A stretch of DNA of 63,469 bases, the filler included, from Squatina squatina (lineage: Eukaryota), in assembly GCA_031763465.1 (NCBI GenBank). It is 4 parts of 4 records of this genome, joined end to end, with 100 filler letters (N's around TTAATTAATTAA, not from the genome) between each part and the next. Parts side by side here need not be neighbours in the genome. Positions count along the whole stretch, not along the records: positions 16,187 to 29,631 come from JARFOE010000080.1; positions 29,732 to 50,134 come from JARFOE010000058.1; 2 more parts are not named here. One strand, 5' to 3'. A program made the translations under genes and the position numbers. Below, piece by piece: positions 26,164 to 39,893 of this stretch. The notes beneath the pieces are model-generated. The model did no database searches, was not told the origin of the DNA, and was given only the letters and a program-made list of their open reading frames with translations. The stretch's first letter is position 1. Every line of letters begins with the position of its first letter.

Positions 26164-27744
26164 NNNNNNNNNNNNNNNNNNNNNNNNNNNNNNNNNNNNN
26201 NNNNNNNNNNNNNNNNNNNNNNNNNNNNNNNNNNNNNNNNNNNNNNNNNNNNNNNNNNNNNNNTCTAGAAAGAGAGAGAGACACACACTCTAGAGGCTGA
26301 GAGAAACTCTAGAGAGAATTGAGTACTGAAACAAATCACAGATGGAGTTCAAGGGCTGTAACAGATTGTAGACAAGACAGAAAGACCAATGAATGAAAGT
26401 CAGTAGCTAGGATACCTACAAATTTGAAAGGGGAGAGTTTGTTGCATGTGAATAGACGAAAAACAGTCCACACAGAGTTCGAGTCTGATTGGGTCATGCC
26501 AGGGGACATCTGATTCAAGTGTCTCTACAACAGACCTTCCTTAGGACAAGCCTGAAACCAATTTTTATGAACTGCTCAAGTATGTGAGTTCCACTTTCAC
26601 TTAATGCTGCTTTAAGCACTGCCATATGTTTGGAAAATCATTTGACTTATCCACATAAAATGTTGATCACTTAAAACAGGGGACAAGTGCAAAAACCAAC
26701 AGTAACACAATTTTCTACGATATTCATAATCAGAATTGGGCTTCTCTTTGCTCCTCACAAAGCTAACTACTGCAAACTTTTACATCAAATCTTTTCCAAT
26801 ACAGTATCCAAAAACTCCACAGTTCACTTCAAACTAATTTTTCATTCACAGTTGATGCACAGTAATTATTTAATTGCTTGAATAAGTTCTTCAGTAAATT
26901 CAAATAACACATCATCATTAACTTTCAGCTACCTATTCAATAGATCCAATCTTGTGTCACGGATGGTTACCCCCTCCATATCAGCCCAGAAGCATCAATC
27001 AAGCCTACTTAGCATTCATACCTCAACTAAGATTGGCTTGATTATCCAAAACAAATCACCTCAGTTTGCAAATCACCAATATGGGATCTAAGCTATAAAC
27101 CCACAGTAAGCAGAGCCACTTACAAAGAAGACAGCATGGCAATTTAATGAACATTGGAATTTATCATTTCCTGAATTCAGACAGAGCCATCGCTAACTTG
27201 GAGGCATCGTCCTGTGCCGACATTGTGTCTGAAAGCGAACCTGCAGTTGCTTCAGGCGAAACTAAACCCGCACGCATCGATAATTGTTCTGTAGTTCATG
27301 ACATGCATCGCTGATCAAAGCTTGGCATTTATNNNNNNNNNNTTATATTCATGCGATAATTAATCCCGCTATGCTATAACTTTTCTATCACTGCAATTAT
27401 CCATTCAAGAAGCTGTTCACTGTACAGAACCTCTGTGCAGGCTGCCCATCTGACGCAATCAGCGCAATAAAGAAATAATTTTATATTTGCATATTCTTGA
27501 CTGGTTGTGCCATAGTATACAATATTAATAAAACAAGCATGGCTTGAACTGTTTGCAGGCTAATTGCAGCTTGCTAATAACCAGGATAATGGATATGTTA
27601 ATGAGAATTGTAAGGCTGCATCCGACTTGAGGGGTTCCAAAAATACAAATGCTGAAGTGTTTTGTGAATGACAGCTGAAAGTTGAGATGGGATTGCAAAA
27701 TTTAACCCTCTCCCAGCCAGTTGTTATTTTCAAAATGAATCCTA

Positions 27745-28073
27745 ATTGACTGCGGCAAAGGTAAATGACCCCTTCTCATCCATCTGGACCTGTCTGCAGC
27801 CTTGGGCATGGTTGACCACGAAATTCCGCTCCAGTGCCTCTCCACTGTCGTCCAGCTGGATGGGACTGCAATCGCCTGCTTTCATTCCTATCTTTCCAGC
27901 TGCAAGCATAGAATCATCTGCAATGGCTTGTCTTCCTGAGCCTGCACCATTACTTCTGTCCCCAAGGATCTATCCTTGGCCCCCTCATATTTCTGAGCTA
28001 CATGCTGCCCCTAAGTGACATCACTCCGGTGACACAGCGTGAGTTTTCACATGTATGCTGATGATACCCAGCT
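27745..28073 (+). mobile_element. Decayed L2 reverse transcriptase fragment
   Basis: LDLSAALGMVDH, PQGSILGP and FHMYADDTQ RT motifs with frameshifts. Confidence 0.85.
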
Positions 28074-28173
28074 NNNNNNNNNNNNNNNNNNNNNNNNNNN
28101 NNNNNNNNNNNNNNNNNNNNNNNNNNNNNNNNNNNNNNNNNNNNNNNNNNNNNNNNNNNNNNNNNNNNNNNNN

Positions 28174-28925
28174 CTGTACCCACAGGGGGAGGGACATCAC
28201 CTCGCTGTCCTGTCCCCCCTGTCCATCCCTCCTGCAGCAGCTGGTGCTGCTCTGCCTGGCCTCGTGTCCTCCTCCCATTCCTCGTCCAGACCAAAGAGGG
28301 AACCTCGAGCAAGATGCCCATGACCAAGCACTCCCTTTCTCCTGGTGACTCCTATAAGGTGGAGTAGCACACCACTTGCTCTTTTTAGGTGAAGTCCTCA
28401 GAGAATTTGCAGAATAAATGTCGCTCGAGTGTTGGCGAAGTCTTGTCAAAGTGTCCCAGAAGGTCTCCCGATGTGTATCAGAGGACCTCTTCACAGCTCC
28501 AGCAGCAAGGGCGTTAGTACAAGCGCCAGTCACCAACATGCCATGCAGCCTCCTTAATAAGCGCTAGCAGGCACGTTAAGTAGCAATCAGCCCTTAACGA
28601 GCCTCTAGTGCAGGCTTCAACCAAGATTGCGGCGTAGGGTAACCAGATCTGAAGAGTCCCAAACCAGGACAATCAGACTGCACATGCACAGTCAGGGCTC
28701 TGTCTCTCGGTCCTAGAAACCGGGACATTTGAACAATTTGAAGATAAGTGTCGGGACACCAGGATGTGTCCTGAAAAACTGGGACTGGCCAGGCAAAACT
28801 GGGACATCTGGTCACCCTAATCTTGCGCTAAATGCGGTCTAAACCGGCGTTTCAGCTCAAGATCCCATCTTGGCCACCCGTGAGGATCATTAGCAACTGA
28901 ACGGGCTGCCGAAAATCGCCCCCCT
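28174..28925 (-). mobile_element. PIF/Harbinger-like 5' region with nested MITE (28635-28819)
   Basis: Ends in AAATCGCCCCCC, the reverse of the GGGGGNGAAATT terminus family; nested element has TAGGGTAACCAGAT...ATCTGGTCACCCTA inverted termini. Confidence 0.55.
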
Positions 28926-29631
28926 GACTTCCTCATACTGTTCTGTTATAGTGTAACCTCTGCATAATATCCATTTTTGTAACACTTATGTACCAAGCCT
29001 GTGATGCAACATTCTTTTAGCTCCTTAATAAATTACGATCCATTTGAAAAGAGCCTCTCTAATATCCTCTAGCTATAATATATTTTCTGGTTCTTTCTCA
29101 AGTATTGCATTAGAGAGAACGTCCAGAATAAAATATGTTTTTTGACAAAATACGTTATAAACAGCTTAACAGGACAACAAAGACATTACTGACAAACAAG
29201 GAGATTTACTCCAAATTCCATTACTGAAAGGCTTCAACTACTGCCTCGAATAAAAAGGAAAAGAAGAAGCTTTTAGGTATCATGCAATATTTAACATCAC
29301 TCACCTGAGTGGTTCATTTCAACTGGCTGATTTAATGTTGGCCAGACAGTGATTCCAGTTTATTTAAAGAATCCCCTTAGAGAAAAATATCTGCTCTTAC
29401 GCCTTTTTTGTGATGATAACATTGCAGTTATTTGTAAAAGGATATGCTGTACACTGTAAAATACAGAATCAGTAGAAACAGACTCTGAATATTTTGATGG
29501 TGCAATGATCACAAATTTCTCAACTCTTCATATTGACATTTTTCCAAAACCTTTAGGGGGAGAAATTGGGTGCCTTTGCGCCTCCCATTAGTGCTCCCGA
29601 GAGGCGCTAACGGCTTTGCCACCTGGCGCGG

Positions 29632-29731
29632 NNNNNNNNNNNNNNNNNNNNNNNNNNNNNNNNNNNNNNNNNNNNTTAATTAATTAANNNNNNNNNNNNN
29701 NNNNNNNNNNNNNNNNNNNNNNNNNNNNNNN
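29632..29731. other. Artificial scaffold-concatenation spacer
   Basis: 44 N + TTAATTAATTAA + 44 N. Confidence 0.95.
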
Positions 29732-32119
29732 AACAAATTTGGGGTTTGGACCATTTTGAACGGATGATCTTTATGAGCAAGGACTTTGAGGGAAGTCTAC
29801 GTTGTTGAACTGGTTTCAAAATGACTTGGGTGACATATCCCCAGTGCCTGATATCACCACTCTGCAAACAGGACCTCCTGGTTTTCAAGGCACACTCCCG
29901 ACAGTGCTTCACTCTTGTAAGTTATTGAAAGATTTTCACAATTGTCAAAAATAAAATGGAGACCGTGCAAGCCAGAGAAAAAGGGGGAGAAAGACATCAT
30001 ATAGCAACAGTTTGCAAACGTTGATCGCAGCTGGGAAAAGAATAATTAGTACTTACACAAAGGAAACATCAGCCATGCACCAGCCCCATTAACATGTGCA
30101 AAATTCATTCACTCTGGGAGGAAACCCTGTCAAAGATAGATTCTGGTGGAACCGTGCAGTCATGCAAGGCTGCTTTTAAATAACATTTGTTTTTAAATGG
30201 CACAAAGATTATGCAACGTTTAAATTTTCTTTCACAAGCAGATTATCTGTAGAACCAGAAAGAAGAGTGCTGTTAATAGCCACACAGTGCCTGGAGAGGA
30301 TAGACAGGATGTATGGAGATCAGAGGACATGATGCTAATGCAGTGAGCGACAGGAGAGGAGACTGCGACTGGCTGCAGACAAAGCTGGGAGAATCTAGAA
30401 AAACCCAACGACACTGGCTCTGGCCAGCCTCAGGAAGAACACACTTGAGCCAGAATTAAGTTGAGCATACAGCTAGGAGATGTGGTACTGCATCGAGACG
30501 ATAATAAAGTATTCTATTTGTGAATTGCTCTGCTGGCATGTAGTGGCACTGCCTTCCATTTTTATCTTTAATCCTTCTAGGAACCAAAGGGGTTAAAATG
30601 CACCACTGCTCCGGCACTCAAATGATGCAGTTTGTCAGTGGGTATGGAGAGAAAGCAGGTACAGGGTACTGAGTTGCATGATCAGCTATGATCATATTGA
30701 ATGGCGGTGCAGGCTCGAAGGGCCTAATGGCCTACTCCTGCACCTANNNNNNNNNNNNNNNNNNNNNNNNNNNNNNNNNNNNNNNNNNNNNNNNNNNNNN
30801 NNNNNNNNNNNNNNNNNNNNNNNNNNNNNNNNNNNNNNNNNNNNNNCTTGTGGAAAAACCTTGTGCCCTTCAGCACTTCAGACAAAAACAATGGGCAACA
30901 AGATCCTCATAATTCAGGAAACTTACTTGGCTTTATGGTGGTGTCGTCAGAGAGGGCATCAGACAAGTCAAAGCCATAATCACCTAAAACTAAAATAAAA
31001 TGTAATATCAGACGCATGTTACAAACATTTCATCAAATCTACCCATGACAAATCTCTGTTAAAGTCAATGGGGGAGGGGGGGGGGAAAGAGGAATATTTT
31101 GTTAGTGGAAGCTTTCCCCATAACATGCCCAAGGTGGTGACTGACTTGTTGTTCAACCACTGCCATGGACAGGATAGGCATCATTGAGAGTGCTTCTCCC
31201 TCAAGTTGATGGCAAACCCATGGAGTGCCAATGCTTCCTGGCAGCGCCCTTCAGTGTGCACTAGACTAGGATTTGAAGCAGTTTTGAACATTTGCAGATA
31301 TCCTCCATTCAAAGAGACTTCGCAGGTACATTTCTTGCCTACTTACCCAAACTACCCAGTAATGGGCAACCTCCTTAACATGTCAAAAGTAAATCACAGC
31401 ATCGTCTAACCCAAGATGCCACTGAAATTTTCAACAATGCCCAAAGGTGCTTGCAGTGAGCACTGGGTTCTTAGTGCAATTTTCTAAACATACCTAACAG
31501 AGAGGTCAGCACTCCAGTTATTCTTGTTGAGATCATGACAAACCATTTTTTCTAAGCTGTAGTCTTATTCATTGCGATCATCTGGTGATTATGCACACTG
31601 TATGTACTTAAGTCACTGCACATGCATTGATTATTTTCTGACCTCCTACAGTATCAAATCAATACTCAAAATCTGTTCTAAACGTCCTACAGCAAGCTTG
31701 CTCCCAAGGATGAAATATAATCACATAATAATGGGATATGCTGTGTAAGCGAGACTTACTCACTACATTGCATGTTGCAGTTAGGAACTTCACTGCAATA
31801 TGATGGGTTTTGCATGTTTGACACTAAAAGGTCCACCATTAAATGTTTGTCCCTTTAATCTGGTATCATTATTACTATACAGTACTTGCTGATTTAATAC
31901 AGTTGTTTGATAGAAACCCTGTATATTACAGGGGAGATATTGTGACACAATCATGGTGCCTAATGCACCACAGTTTTTACTGGAGTCCATAAGTTTTGTA
32001 CTAAAACCAAAAATGAAATATAAATATAAATGGTGGTTCGGTGACTCCCATTCTTACCCAGCACGAATCTGCACTGGTTGGGGGTATGTGTCAGAGATCG
32101 ATCTGCAGTGGGATATGTT

Positions 32120-32488
32120 AGCATAATGGTAATGTTATTGGACGAGTCATCAAGAGTCATCGGACTAATGATCCGAAGACATGAGTTCAAATCCCACCAC
32201 GGCAGCTGTGGAATTTAAATTCAGTTAGTTAAATTAAAAAAAAATGCATCAGTAGTAAAACCCATCTGGCTCACTAATGTCCTTTTTAGGGAAGGAAATC
32301 TGCCGTCCTTATCCGGTCTGGCCTATATGTGACTCCAGACCCACAGCAATGTGGTTGACTCTGAACTACCCTCTGAAGCGGCCTAGCAGGCAACTCAGTT
32401 GCACCAAGTGCTGCTCGCAACGGTTTATGAAGAAGGTTCACCACCACCTAGGGCAACTAGGGATGGGCAGTAAACTCTGGCCTTAACA
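32120..32488 (+). mobile_element. tRNA-derived SINE with CR1-type tail
   Basis: A-box-like TAGCATAATGGT, B-box GAGTTCAAATCCC, tail GGGCAACTAGGGATGGGCAGTAAA. Confidence 0.75.
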
Positions 32489-32588
32489 NNNNNNNNNNNN
32501 NNNNNNNNNNNNNNNNNNNNNNNNNNNNNNNNNNNNNNNNNNNNNNNNNNNNNNNNNNNNNNNNNNNNNNNNNNNNNNNNNNNNNNNN

Positions 32589-33246
32589 CTGACCACGTAT
32601 CTGCCTATTTCCACCTCCAGACTATCGCCCGCCTCAGCTCATCTGCTCCTGAAACCGTCATTTAAGCCTTTGTTACCTCTAGACTTGAATATTCCAATGC
32701 ACTCCTGGCTGGCCCACCACATTCTACCCTACGTAAACTTGAGGTCATCCAAAACTCTGCTGCCTGTATCCTAACTCACACCAAGTCCCGTTCACTCATC
32801 ACCCCTGCGCTCTCTGACCTACATTGGCTTCCAGTTAAGCAACACCTCGATTTAAAAATTCTCATCCTTGTTTTCAAATCCTCCATGGCCTCACCCCTCC
32901 CTATTTCTGTGATCTCCTCCAGCCCCACAACCTCCCGGGATATCTGCGCTCCTCTAATTCTGGCCTCTTGAGCATCCCTGGTTTTAATCGCTCAACCATT
33001 GGTGGCCGTGCCTTCAGCTGCTTAGGACTTAAGCTCTGGAATGCCCACCCTAAACCTCTCTAACTCTCTTTTCTCCTTTAAGACGCTCCTTAAAACATAC
33101 CTCTTTGACCAAGCTTTTGGTTATCTGCCCTAATTTCTCCTTTTGTGGCTGGGTGTCAAATTTCTTTTATAACGCTCCTGTGGAGTGTCTTGGGGCGTTT
33201 TACTCTGTTAAAGACACTATATAAATACAAGTTGATGTTGTTGTTG
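32589..33246 (+). mobile_element. L2 LINE 3' fragment
   Basis: AFVTSRLEYSNALLAG...ITPALSDLHWLPVKQ; (TTG)n tail. Confidence 0.9.
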
Positions 33247-33961
33247 ATATAGGTTTAAGTCCTGCCGTGTTTCACATTTTGAGCTATTCCTCTACTGAGA
33301 CCAATGCTGAAAATATTTTTACAAAATGTAGGCTAAGTCATTCAATAAAGTAAATCAGATAAAGATCAAGGTGTAATAGATGACTAAACATGTCCTCTCA
33401 GTGTAGTGTTGCTGGAGTTGCAAAGACAAATGTGACCTTGGGAAACATAAGTAAATCTTAGAAAGTAAAATGAAACAAAGTTACATTGAGACTTTGTGAG
33501 GCATTAGAAAGTGCACAAAAGCACTGTGTCCATCTGTTGCACTATACTTACAAAAACATAGAAACTGTGGATCCAATTTAGAAAAAGACAACAAAGATAA
33601 TCCCAGGTTTCAGATCATTCAGCTACAAAGAAGAGCTCAGGAAACTAAATCTCTCTGATTTGGGGAAAACGTTAAGTGGGGCCAAGGCACAATTCAAGCT
33701 CTTTATAAAATAAATTCATCGATACTGATGGTGTAGTGAAGTGTTTTGTGCAAAATTAGGGAAGGAGAACCAAAGGACAATAGAAACATAGAAAATAGGT
33801 GCAGGGGTAGGCCATTCGGCCCTTCGAGCCTGCACCGCCATTCAACACGATCATGGCTGATCNNNNNNNNNNNNNNNNNNNNNNNNNNNNNNNNNNNNNN
33901 NNNNNNNNNNNNNNNNNNNNNNNNNNNNNNNNNNNNNNNNNNNNNNNNNNNNNNNNNNNNN

Positions 33962-34066
33962 NAAATGATAGAGCAGAGGTTATGCTCTGAAATTGTTGAA
34001 CTCAATGTTAAGTCCAGAAGGCTGTAAAGTGCCTAATCCAAAGATGAGGTGCTGTTCCTCGAGCTT
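33962..34066 (-). mobile_element. Penelope-like element, GIY-YIG C-terminal fragment
   Basis: Reverse complement reads KLEEQHLIFGLGTLQPSGLNIEFNNFRA*, matching 37572-37680. Confidence 0.75.
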
Positions 34067-35679
34067 ACTTATTAAATCTTTTTGAAAAATTAAACTTTCA
34101 GGAGGGAAGTGGTGTACGTTGACTATAATTAAACACCTGAGTCAGTGCCGTAAGGGACAACAGCAATTGTACACGCAAGCAAAAAAGACATGCGTCCAAT
34201 TCTTTTGCTGCAGCACTGAAAGATGCTGATGACTTTTGAGACACTCGCTTCACATTTTACAACAGCAAAGGCCAGAAAATTGTAACGCACAGAAAGCAAG
34301 TCACGAGCAGATATGAAATCTAGAAACAGCTGGAGGCTAGAAAATTACAGATCAACTGCCATTAAAGCTTCTCGCCCTGTTTTTTTTTCTGCATGTGAAT
34401 TAAACAAATAAAGCAGCATTACTGCTGAACCCAATCATTCTCAATAACTAAAATAAGATTATACAGTAAACTGTAGGGAGGCTTTGTGCAAATAGATAGA
34501 AAAATCAATCTGCCAGCTATGTAATAATTCGAACACATCTTTGTCATGATGGAGCGATGCAGGTGGAAACCACTTTGTCTAAAATTAATCAGCTATCGGC
34601 TTGTAAGTGAATAAGAATCTATAGCACCATCTACTGATTAATCCATTAAGTAAGATTTTACGTACCCAACTCGTAATGCAGCATGACATTTCTGTTCTTA
34701 ACCCCTAAACTTCCAGAATTGCCCTGGCATTGCACAATTGTATTAGACCATCTAGCAACATAAAGTTATGACAGACCATTCAAATTTAGTTAGGTTTGCA
34801 ATTAAGTTAAGTGTTGTAATAGATATTCAGTGATAAACTTAAACCGCTGAAAATGATGTACAGGGAAAAAGAAAAAAAAAATGTAACGATCTCATTGTTA
34901 GGGAAATAGTTATCATGCAGCGGGGAGGGGAGTGGGGAGGGAGCGGTGAGTAGTGGCAGGACAAGTGCCAAAAGAGGGCATCAGAAGTGCTGTGTTGTCA
35001 GGAGGAACGCTTGGGTGGCAGCAGTTCTTAGGCCGCATCTATGGCATGAAAACCTGAACAGGGTATCCTAATTTCTTAGAGGGGTCCTAAAATAGGCATT
35101 AGGCCCCCTCATTAGCCTATGCTATCCGCTGTTTAAGGCGGTCACACTGGACAACAGAAAACTGGCTGTGGCCAATATGGCGTCGGACGTTTTTCAGGCG
35201 TGCTTGGGACGTGGGGCATAGCCCTGTGAAATTGGCCATTCTTGTGCCCCAATTCCCCCCCGCCCCTCCATTTTATGTTTGGAAAACATGCACGATGATG
35301 ACCAATTTCTACCTCCCTGTGCCTTACTCTGTGCACTGAAAATTGAATTTGCAGATCGTTTCAAGAGAAAAATCAATAGCATTCTTTGCGGTCAGTTGTA
35401 GGTGATTTTAAGCTGGGATCTAAGGCAAAATCAGTTAGGTTTCTGGTAGATAAAGAATCAGAAAATAGCAAAGGATGGGGACTGTTTTATGTTCATGTTA
35501 CTAATCTTAGGTTCAGATATTTTAACCATTCAGTCCTCTTCTTACAATCTGATGCTCGTTTGCTTTTAGTCTGATAAATGATGAGTAGGTATTGATGACA
35601 CTTTATACTGGGAAACTGATGAAGATAAAAAGAAGATTTCAGCGAAACACTTGTTGGCAATAGCGGTCTGTGGACACTG

Positions 35680-36292
35680 TAATCATAGAATAGTACAGCA
35701 CAGAAGAAGGCCATTGGGCCCATTGAGTCTGTGCCGGCTCTTTCGAAGAGCAATCCAGTTAGTTCCACTCCCCCCGCTCTCTCCCCATACCCTTGCAATT
35801 TTTCTCCAAGTATTTATCCAATTCCCTTTTGAAGGCTACTATTGAATCTGTATCCACCACCCAATCAGGCAGAGCATTCCAAATCCTAACCACTCGTTGC
35901 GTAAAAAAGTTTTTCCTCATATCACCTCCTGTTTTTTTGCCAACCACCTTAAATCTGTGCTCTCTCGTGAGCCTTCAGCCATTGGAAACCGTTTCTCCTT
36001 ACTTACTCCATCTAAACCCTTCATGATTTTAAACAACTCTATCAAATCTCCTCTTAGCCCTCTCTGCTCCAAGAAGATGCATCACCTCATTCCTGGAACC
36101 ATTCCAGTAAAGCTCTTCTGTACCCTCTCCAAAGCCTTCACATCCTTCCTAAAGTACGGTGTCCAGAACTGGACACAATACTCCAGCTGGGGTAGAAGTA
36201 ATGTTTTATATAGATTTAGCATAACTTCATGGTTTTTGTACTCTATGCGTCTATTTATAAAGCCCAGGATCTCATATGCTTTATTAACTGCT
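35680..36292 (-). mobile_element. CR1 LINE 3' fragment
   Basis: Minus translation includes RPQLEYCVQFWTP and RKNFFTQRVVRIWNALP, typical CR1 ORF2 C-terminus, plus tail. Confidence 0.9.
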
Positions 36293-36756
36293 TAGATTTT
36301 AGCCTTTTTGTTACAGAGATTGAGATCCAAGACATTTTGGGGGTGAAATTGGCTGACGCCTCTATGGAGGTGTTAAGGCAAAAGTTAGCGCCTCAGTAGC
36401 GCCTTGATTCAGAGGTACTATGATGTTGCAAAATTCGTCACTTTTTCCCGGGAGGTGAGATCGGGAGGCGCTAAGTCGGGACTTTAGGTGCTAATGGGTG
36501 GGAGATCCTGCTGGCCCCGGAGGCGCTGCGCTATCTTTGGATTGCATGAGCCTCACATCGACTGATGTAGATGACCTCCAAAAGAAGAAAGGAGTGCCGA
36601 GTGCAGGACATCGTTGCTGTCTCAGGGAAATCGCAACAGACTGAAGGTAATCACACNNNNNNNNNNNNNNNNNNNNNNNNNNNNNNNNNNNNNNNNNNNN
36701 NNNNNNNNNNNNNNNNNNNNNNNNNNNNNNNNNNNNNNNNNNNNNNNNNNNNNNNN

Positions 36757-37320
36757 TGTCACTGTTTTTCAAGTGCTCTGCTATTACATCTTTTATAATG
36801 GACTCAAACATTTCCCCCACTACCGATGTCAGGTTAACCGATCTATAATTCCCTGTTTTCTTTCTACCGCCTTTTTAAATAGTGGGGTTACAATAGCTAC
36901 CCTCCAATCGTGAGAACTGTTCCAAGTCTATAGAATTATGGAAGATGACCAGCAATGCATCTGCTATTTCTAGGGCCACTTCCTTAAGTACCCTGGGATG
37001 TAGAGATTTTCAGATGAATTTATAAGAACATAAGAGTTAGGAGCACGGGTACACCATTCGGCCCCTCGAGCCTGCTCCGCCATTCAATAAGATCATGGCT
37101 GATCTTCAACCTCAACTACATTTCCCCCCCCACTTTCCCTTGATTCCCTTAATGTCCAAAAATCTATCGATTTCTGTTTTGAATATACTCAACGACTGAG
37201 CCTCCACAGCCCTCTGGGGTAGAGAATTCCAAATATTTACCACCCATTGAGTAAAGAAATTTCTCTTAATTTCAATCCTAAATAGCTGACCCTTTATTCT
37301 GAGACTATGACCCCAGTTCT
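36757..37320 (-). mobile_element. CR1 LINE fragments (RT N-terminal part, then a separate 3' tail)
   Basis: GNYRSVNLTSVVGEMFESIIKDVIAEHL at 36757-36900; tail copy at 37022-37320. Confidence 0.85.
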
Positions 37321-37571
37321 AGATTTTAAATTATTTTGATTAAATTTAAATTTAATAGTAACTAACAACAGATAAACAGATAACTTAGAATAATGGCGCA
37401 TATTGTGGGGAATAAAAATATTTCTCATTATTTTTTTCGAGAGCTATATGAAGTGATACAATGAGTGAACAAGTTCTCCCACATCTAGGTAACATTGCTT
37501 ATTAATAACTTCAAGGGAACAAACCTATCCCACTCTGATCTCTCTGCCCTTAACCGCTTACACTGTTCTAA

Positions 37572-37680
37572 TGAAGCTCAATGCAAGCTCGAGGAACAGC
37601 ACCTCATCTCTCAATTAGGCACTTTACAGCCTTCTGGACTCAACAGTGAGTTCAACAATTTCAGAGCATAACCTCTGCCC
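37572..37680 (+). mobile_element. Penelope-like element, GIY-YIG C-terminal fragment
   Basis: EAQCKLEEQHLISQLGTLQPSGLNSEFNNFRA*. Confidence 0.75.
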
Positions 37681-37882
37681 TATATTTAAAAAAAAATTAG
37701 TTCCTGTTTTCACTTCCCTCTCATGGCTATTGCTGTTTTGCTCCCATTTACACCCTATCTAGATGTAATGTGTTTCTTAATGNNNNNNNNNNNNNNNNNN
37801 NNNNNNNNNNNNNNNNNNNNNNNNNNNNNNNNNNNNNNNNNNNNNNNNNNNNNNNNNNNNNNNNNNNNNNNNNNNNNNNNNN

Positions 37883-38763
37883 CGACGGGAAGCTGGTTCG
37901 TCAACACTTAAAAAAAATTATATATAGAGGTGTATAGGGGGGAAATCGCACGGCTTAACATGGCAGCTTCTTAATGGCGAAACCTGTGTGTGAGGGGAGA
38001 GAAAGCCAGAGTCGTGTGTTTAGTCGCCACCATTTGCTTCCCTCCGCTCCAATTTAATTTTTAAAAAAAAATCGTTTCCCACTCAGTTTTTCTTCCTCAA
38101 TCCGAGTCGGCGCGTTTTAAAGCGGATTGCGGGGCGCAAAATGCTATTTCACAACTTGTATCTGTGTGTGTGTGTTTTTCTCAGCGGCGTAATGTGATCG
38201 TTATAATGGAACCGCTATGCGTCAAGTGTAGTCCCGTCTCCTCAACTGTGGAAACTTTTCAGTCGGGGAGGCGTTTAATATTAATTTCCCCCTCCCCCCT
38301 CCACATACCGAGTAAATTCGTTTTAAAAAATATATATACGGGGAAAAAAACGTGTCTACATTTTTATTAAATGGGTGTGAGGCATTGTTAGCTCTCCCGG
38401 CTCCGGCTCTGGCTGTCGTTCACTCATTGCAAAAGATGGAGCCATTTTAGCCCAGCGTGTGTGCTATTGAAAAGAACCAACACACAGCGCTCATTGCCTC
38501 TGCTCTCTATATACAAGCACCGTGCTGCCAAAGCAAAGGGGGGGGAATTTTCTCTCTCTCTTTTCCTCCGTCTCTCTTTTTATAAAAAGAGCCGCTTCAA
38601 ACTCCTCGGCCGCGCCGATTTTCGGCGCAAAAAATAGCCTCAGCCTGACGACGGAGCGATTTCAAGGGGACTTTCTTTCATGAGGAAGGATTTCACAAAA
38701 TGGAAGAAGAATTATTGGGATGTTGACCTGTTTTTTTTTCTCCCATTTTTTTTTCCCTTGTCG
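37883..38763 (+). promoter_or_regulatory. CpG island, probable HMGB3 promoter/5' intron region
   Basis: Dense CpG in a CpG-depleted background, non-repetitive, just upstream of the HMGB3 exon; E2F-like TTTTCGGCGC near 38619-38628 and CHR-like TTCAAA at 38596-38601. Confidence 0.6.
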
Positions 38764-39753
38764 NNNNNNNNNNNNNNNNNNNNNNNNNNNNNNNNNNNNN
38801 NNNNNNNNNNNNNNNNNNNNNNNNNNNNNNNNNNNNNNNNNNNNNNNNNNNNNNNNNNNNNNNNNNNNNNNNNNNNNNNNNNNNNNNNNNNNNNNNNNNN
38901 NNNNNNNNNNNNNNNNNNNNNNNNNNNNNNNNNNNNNNNNNNNNNNNNNNNNNNNNNNNNNNNNNNNNNNNNNNNNNNNNNNNNNNNNNNNNNNNNNNNN
39001 NNNNNNNNNNNNNNNNNNNNNNNNNNNNNNNNNNNNNNNNNNNNNNNNNNNNNNNNNNNNNNNNNNNNNNNNNNNNNNNNNNNNNNNNNNNNNNNNNNNN
39101 NNNNNNNNNNNNNNNNNNNNNNNNNNNNNNNNNNNNNNNNNNNNNNNNNNNNNNNNNNNNNNNNNNNNNNNNNNNNNNNNNNNNNNNNNNNNNNNNNNNN
39201 NNNNNNNNNNNNNNNNNNNNNNNNNNNNNNNNNNNNNNNNNNNNNNNNNNNNNNNNNNNNNNNNNNNNNNNNNNNNNNNNNNNNNNNNNNNNNNNNNNNN
39301 NNNNNNNNNNNNNNNNNNNNNNNNNNNNNNNNNNNNNNNNNNNNNNNNNNNNNNNNNNNNNNNNNNNNNNNNNNNNNNNNNNNNNNNNNNNNNNNNNNNN
39401 NNNNNNNNNNNNNNNNNNNNNNNNNNNNNNNNNNNNNNNNNNNNNNNNNNNNNNNNNNNNNNNNNNNNNNNNNNNNNNNNNNNNNNNNNNNNNNNNNNNN
39501 NNNNNNNNNNNNNNNNNNNNNNNNNNNNNNNNNNNNNNNNNNNNNNNNNNNNNNNNNNNNNNNNNNNNNNNNNNNNNNNNNNNNNNNNNNNNNNNNNNNN
39601 NNNNNNNNNNNNNNNNNNNNNNNNNNNNNNNNNNNNNNNNNNNNNNNNNNNNNNNNNNNNNNNNNNTTTTTTTTGTCCCCCCCTTGTAAATGGGCATATA
39701 AAATGCATATATTTGAACTGAGATGTTGGTGTAACACGTGTACTCTTCACCAG

Positions 39754-39893
39754 ACCATGTCTAGCAAAGAGAAGTCCAAATTTGAAGATCTGGCTAAAGT
39801 AGATAAGGCACGTTATGACCGAGAAATGAAAAATTACGTGCCGTCCAAAGGTAGCAAGAAGAAGAAGGACCCCAATGCACCAAAAAGGCCTCC
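39754..39893 (+). CDS. HMGB3: High mobility group box 3, internal exon (end of box A and linker)
   Basis: cttcaccag| ... |gtaagt; 140 bp; [46 protein letters not shown](P). Linker KGxKKKKDPN is two residues shorter than in HMGB1/2 and matches HMGB3. Confidence 0.88.

Noticed and set aside
29788-29915. GKSTLLN...ISPVPDITT, P-loop-like, ending at a GTAAGT donor
   Set aside because: Preceded directly by TGA, poor acceptor, no other GTPase motifs.
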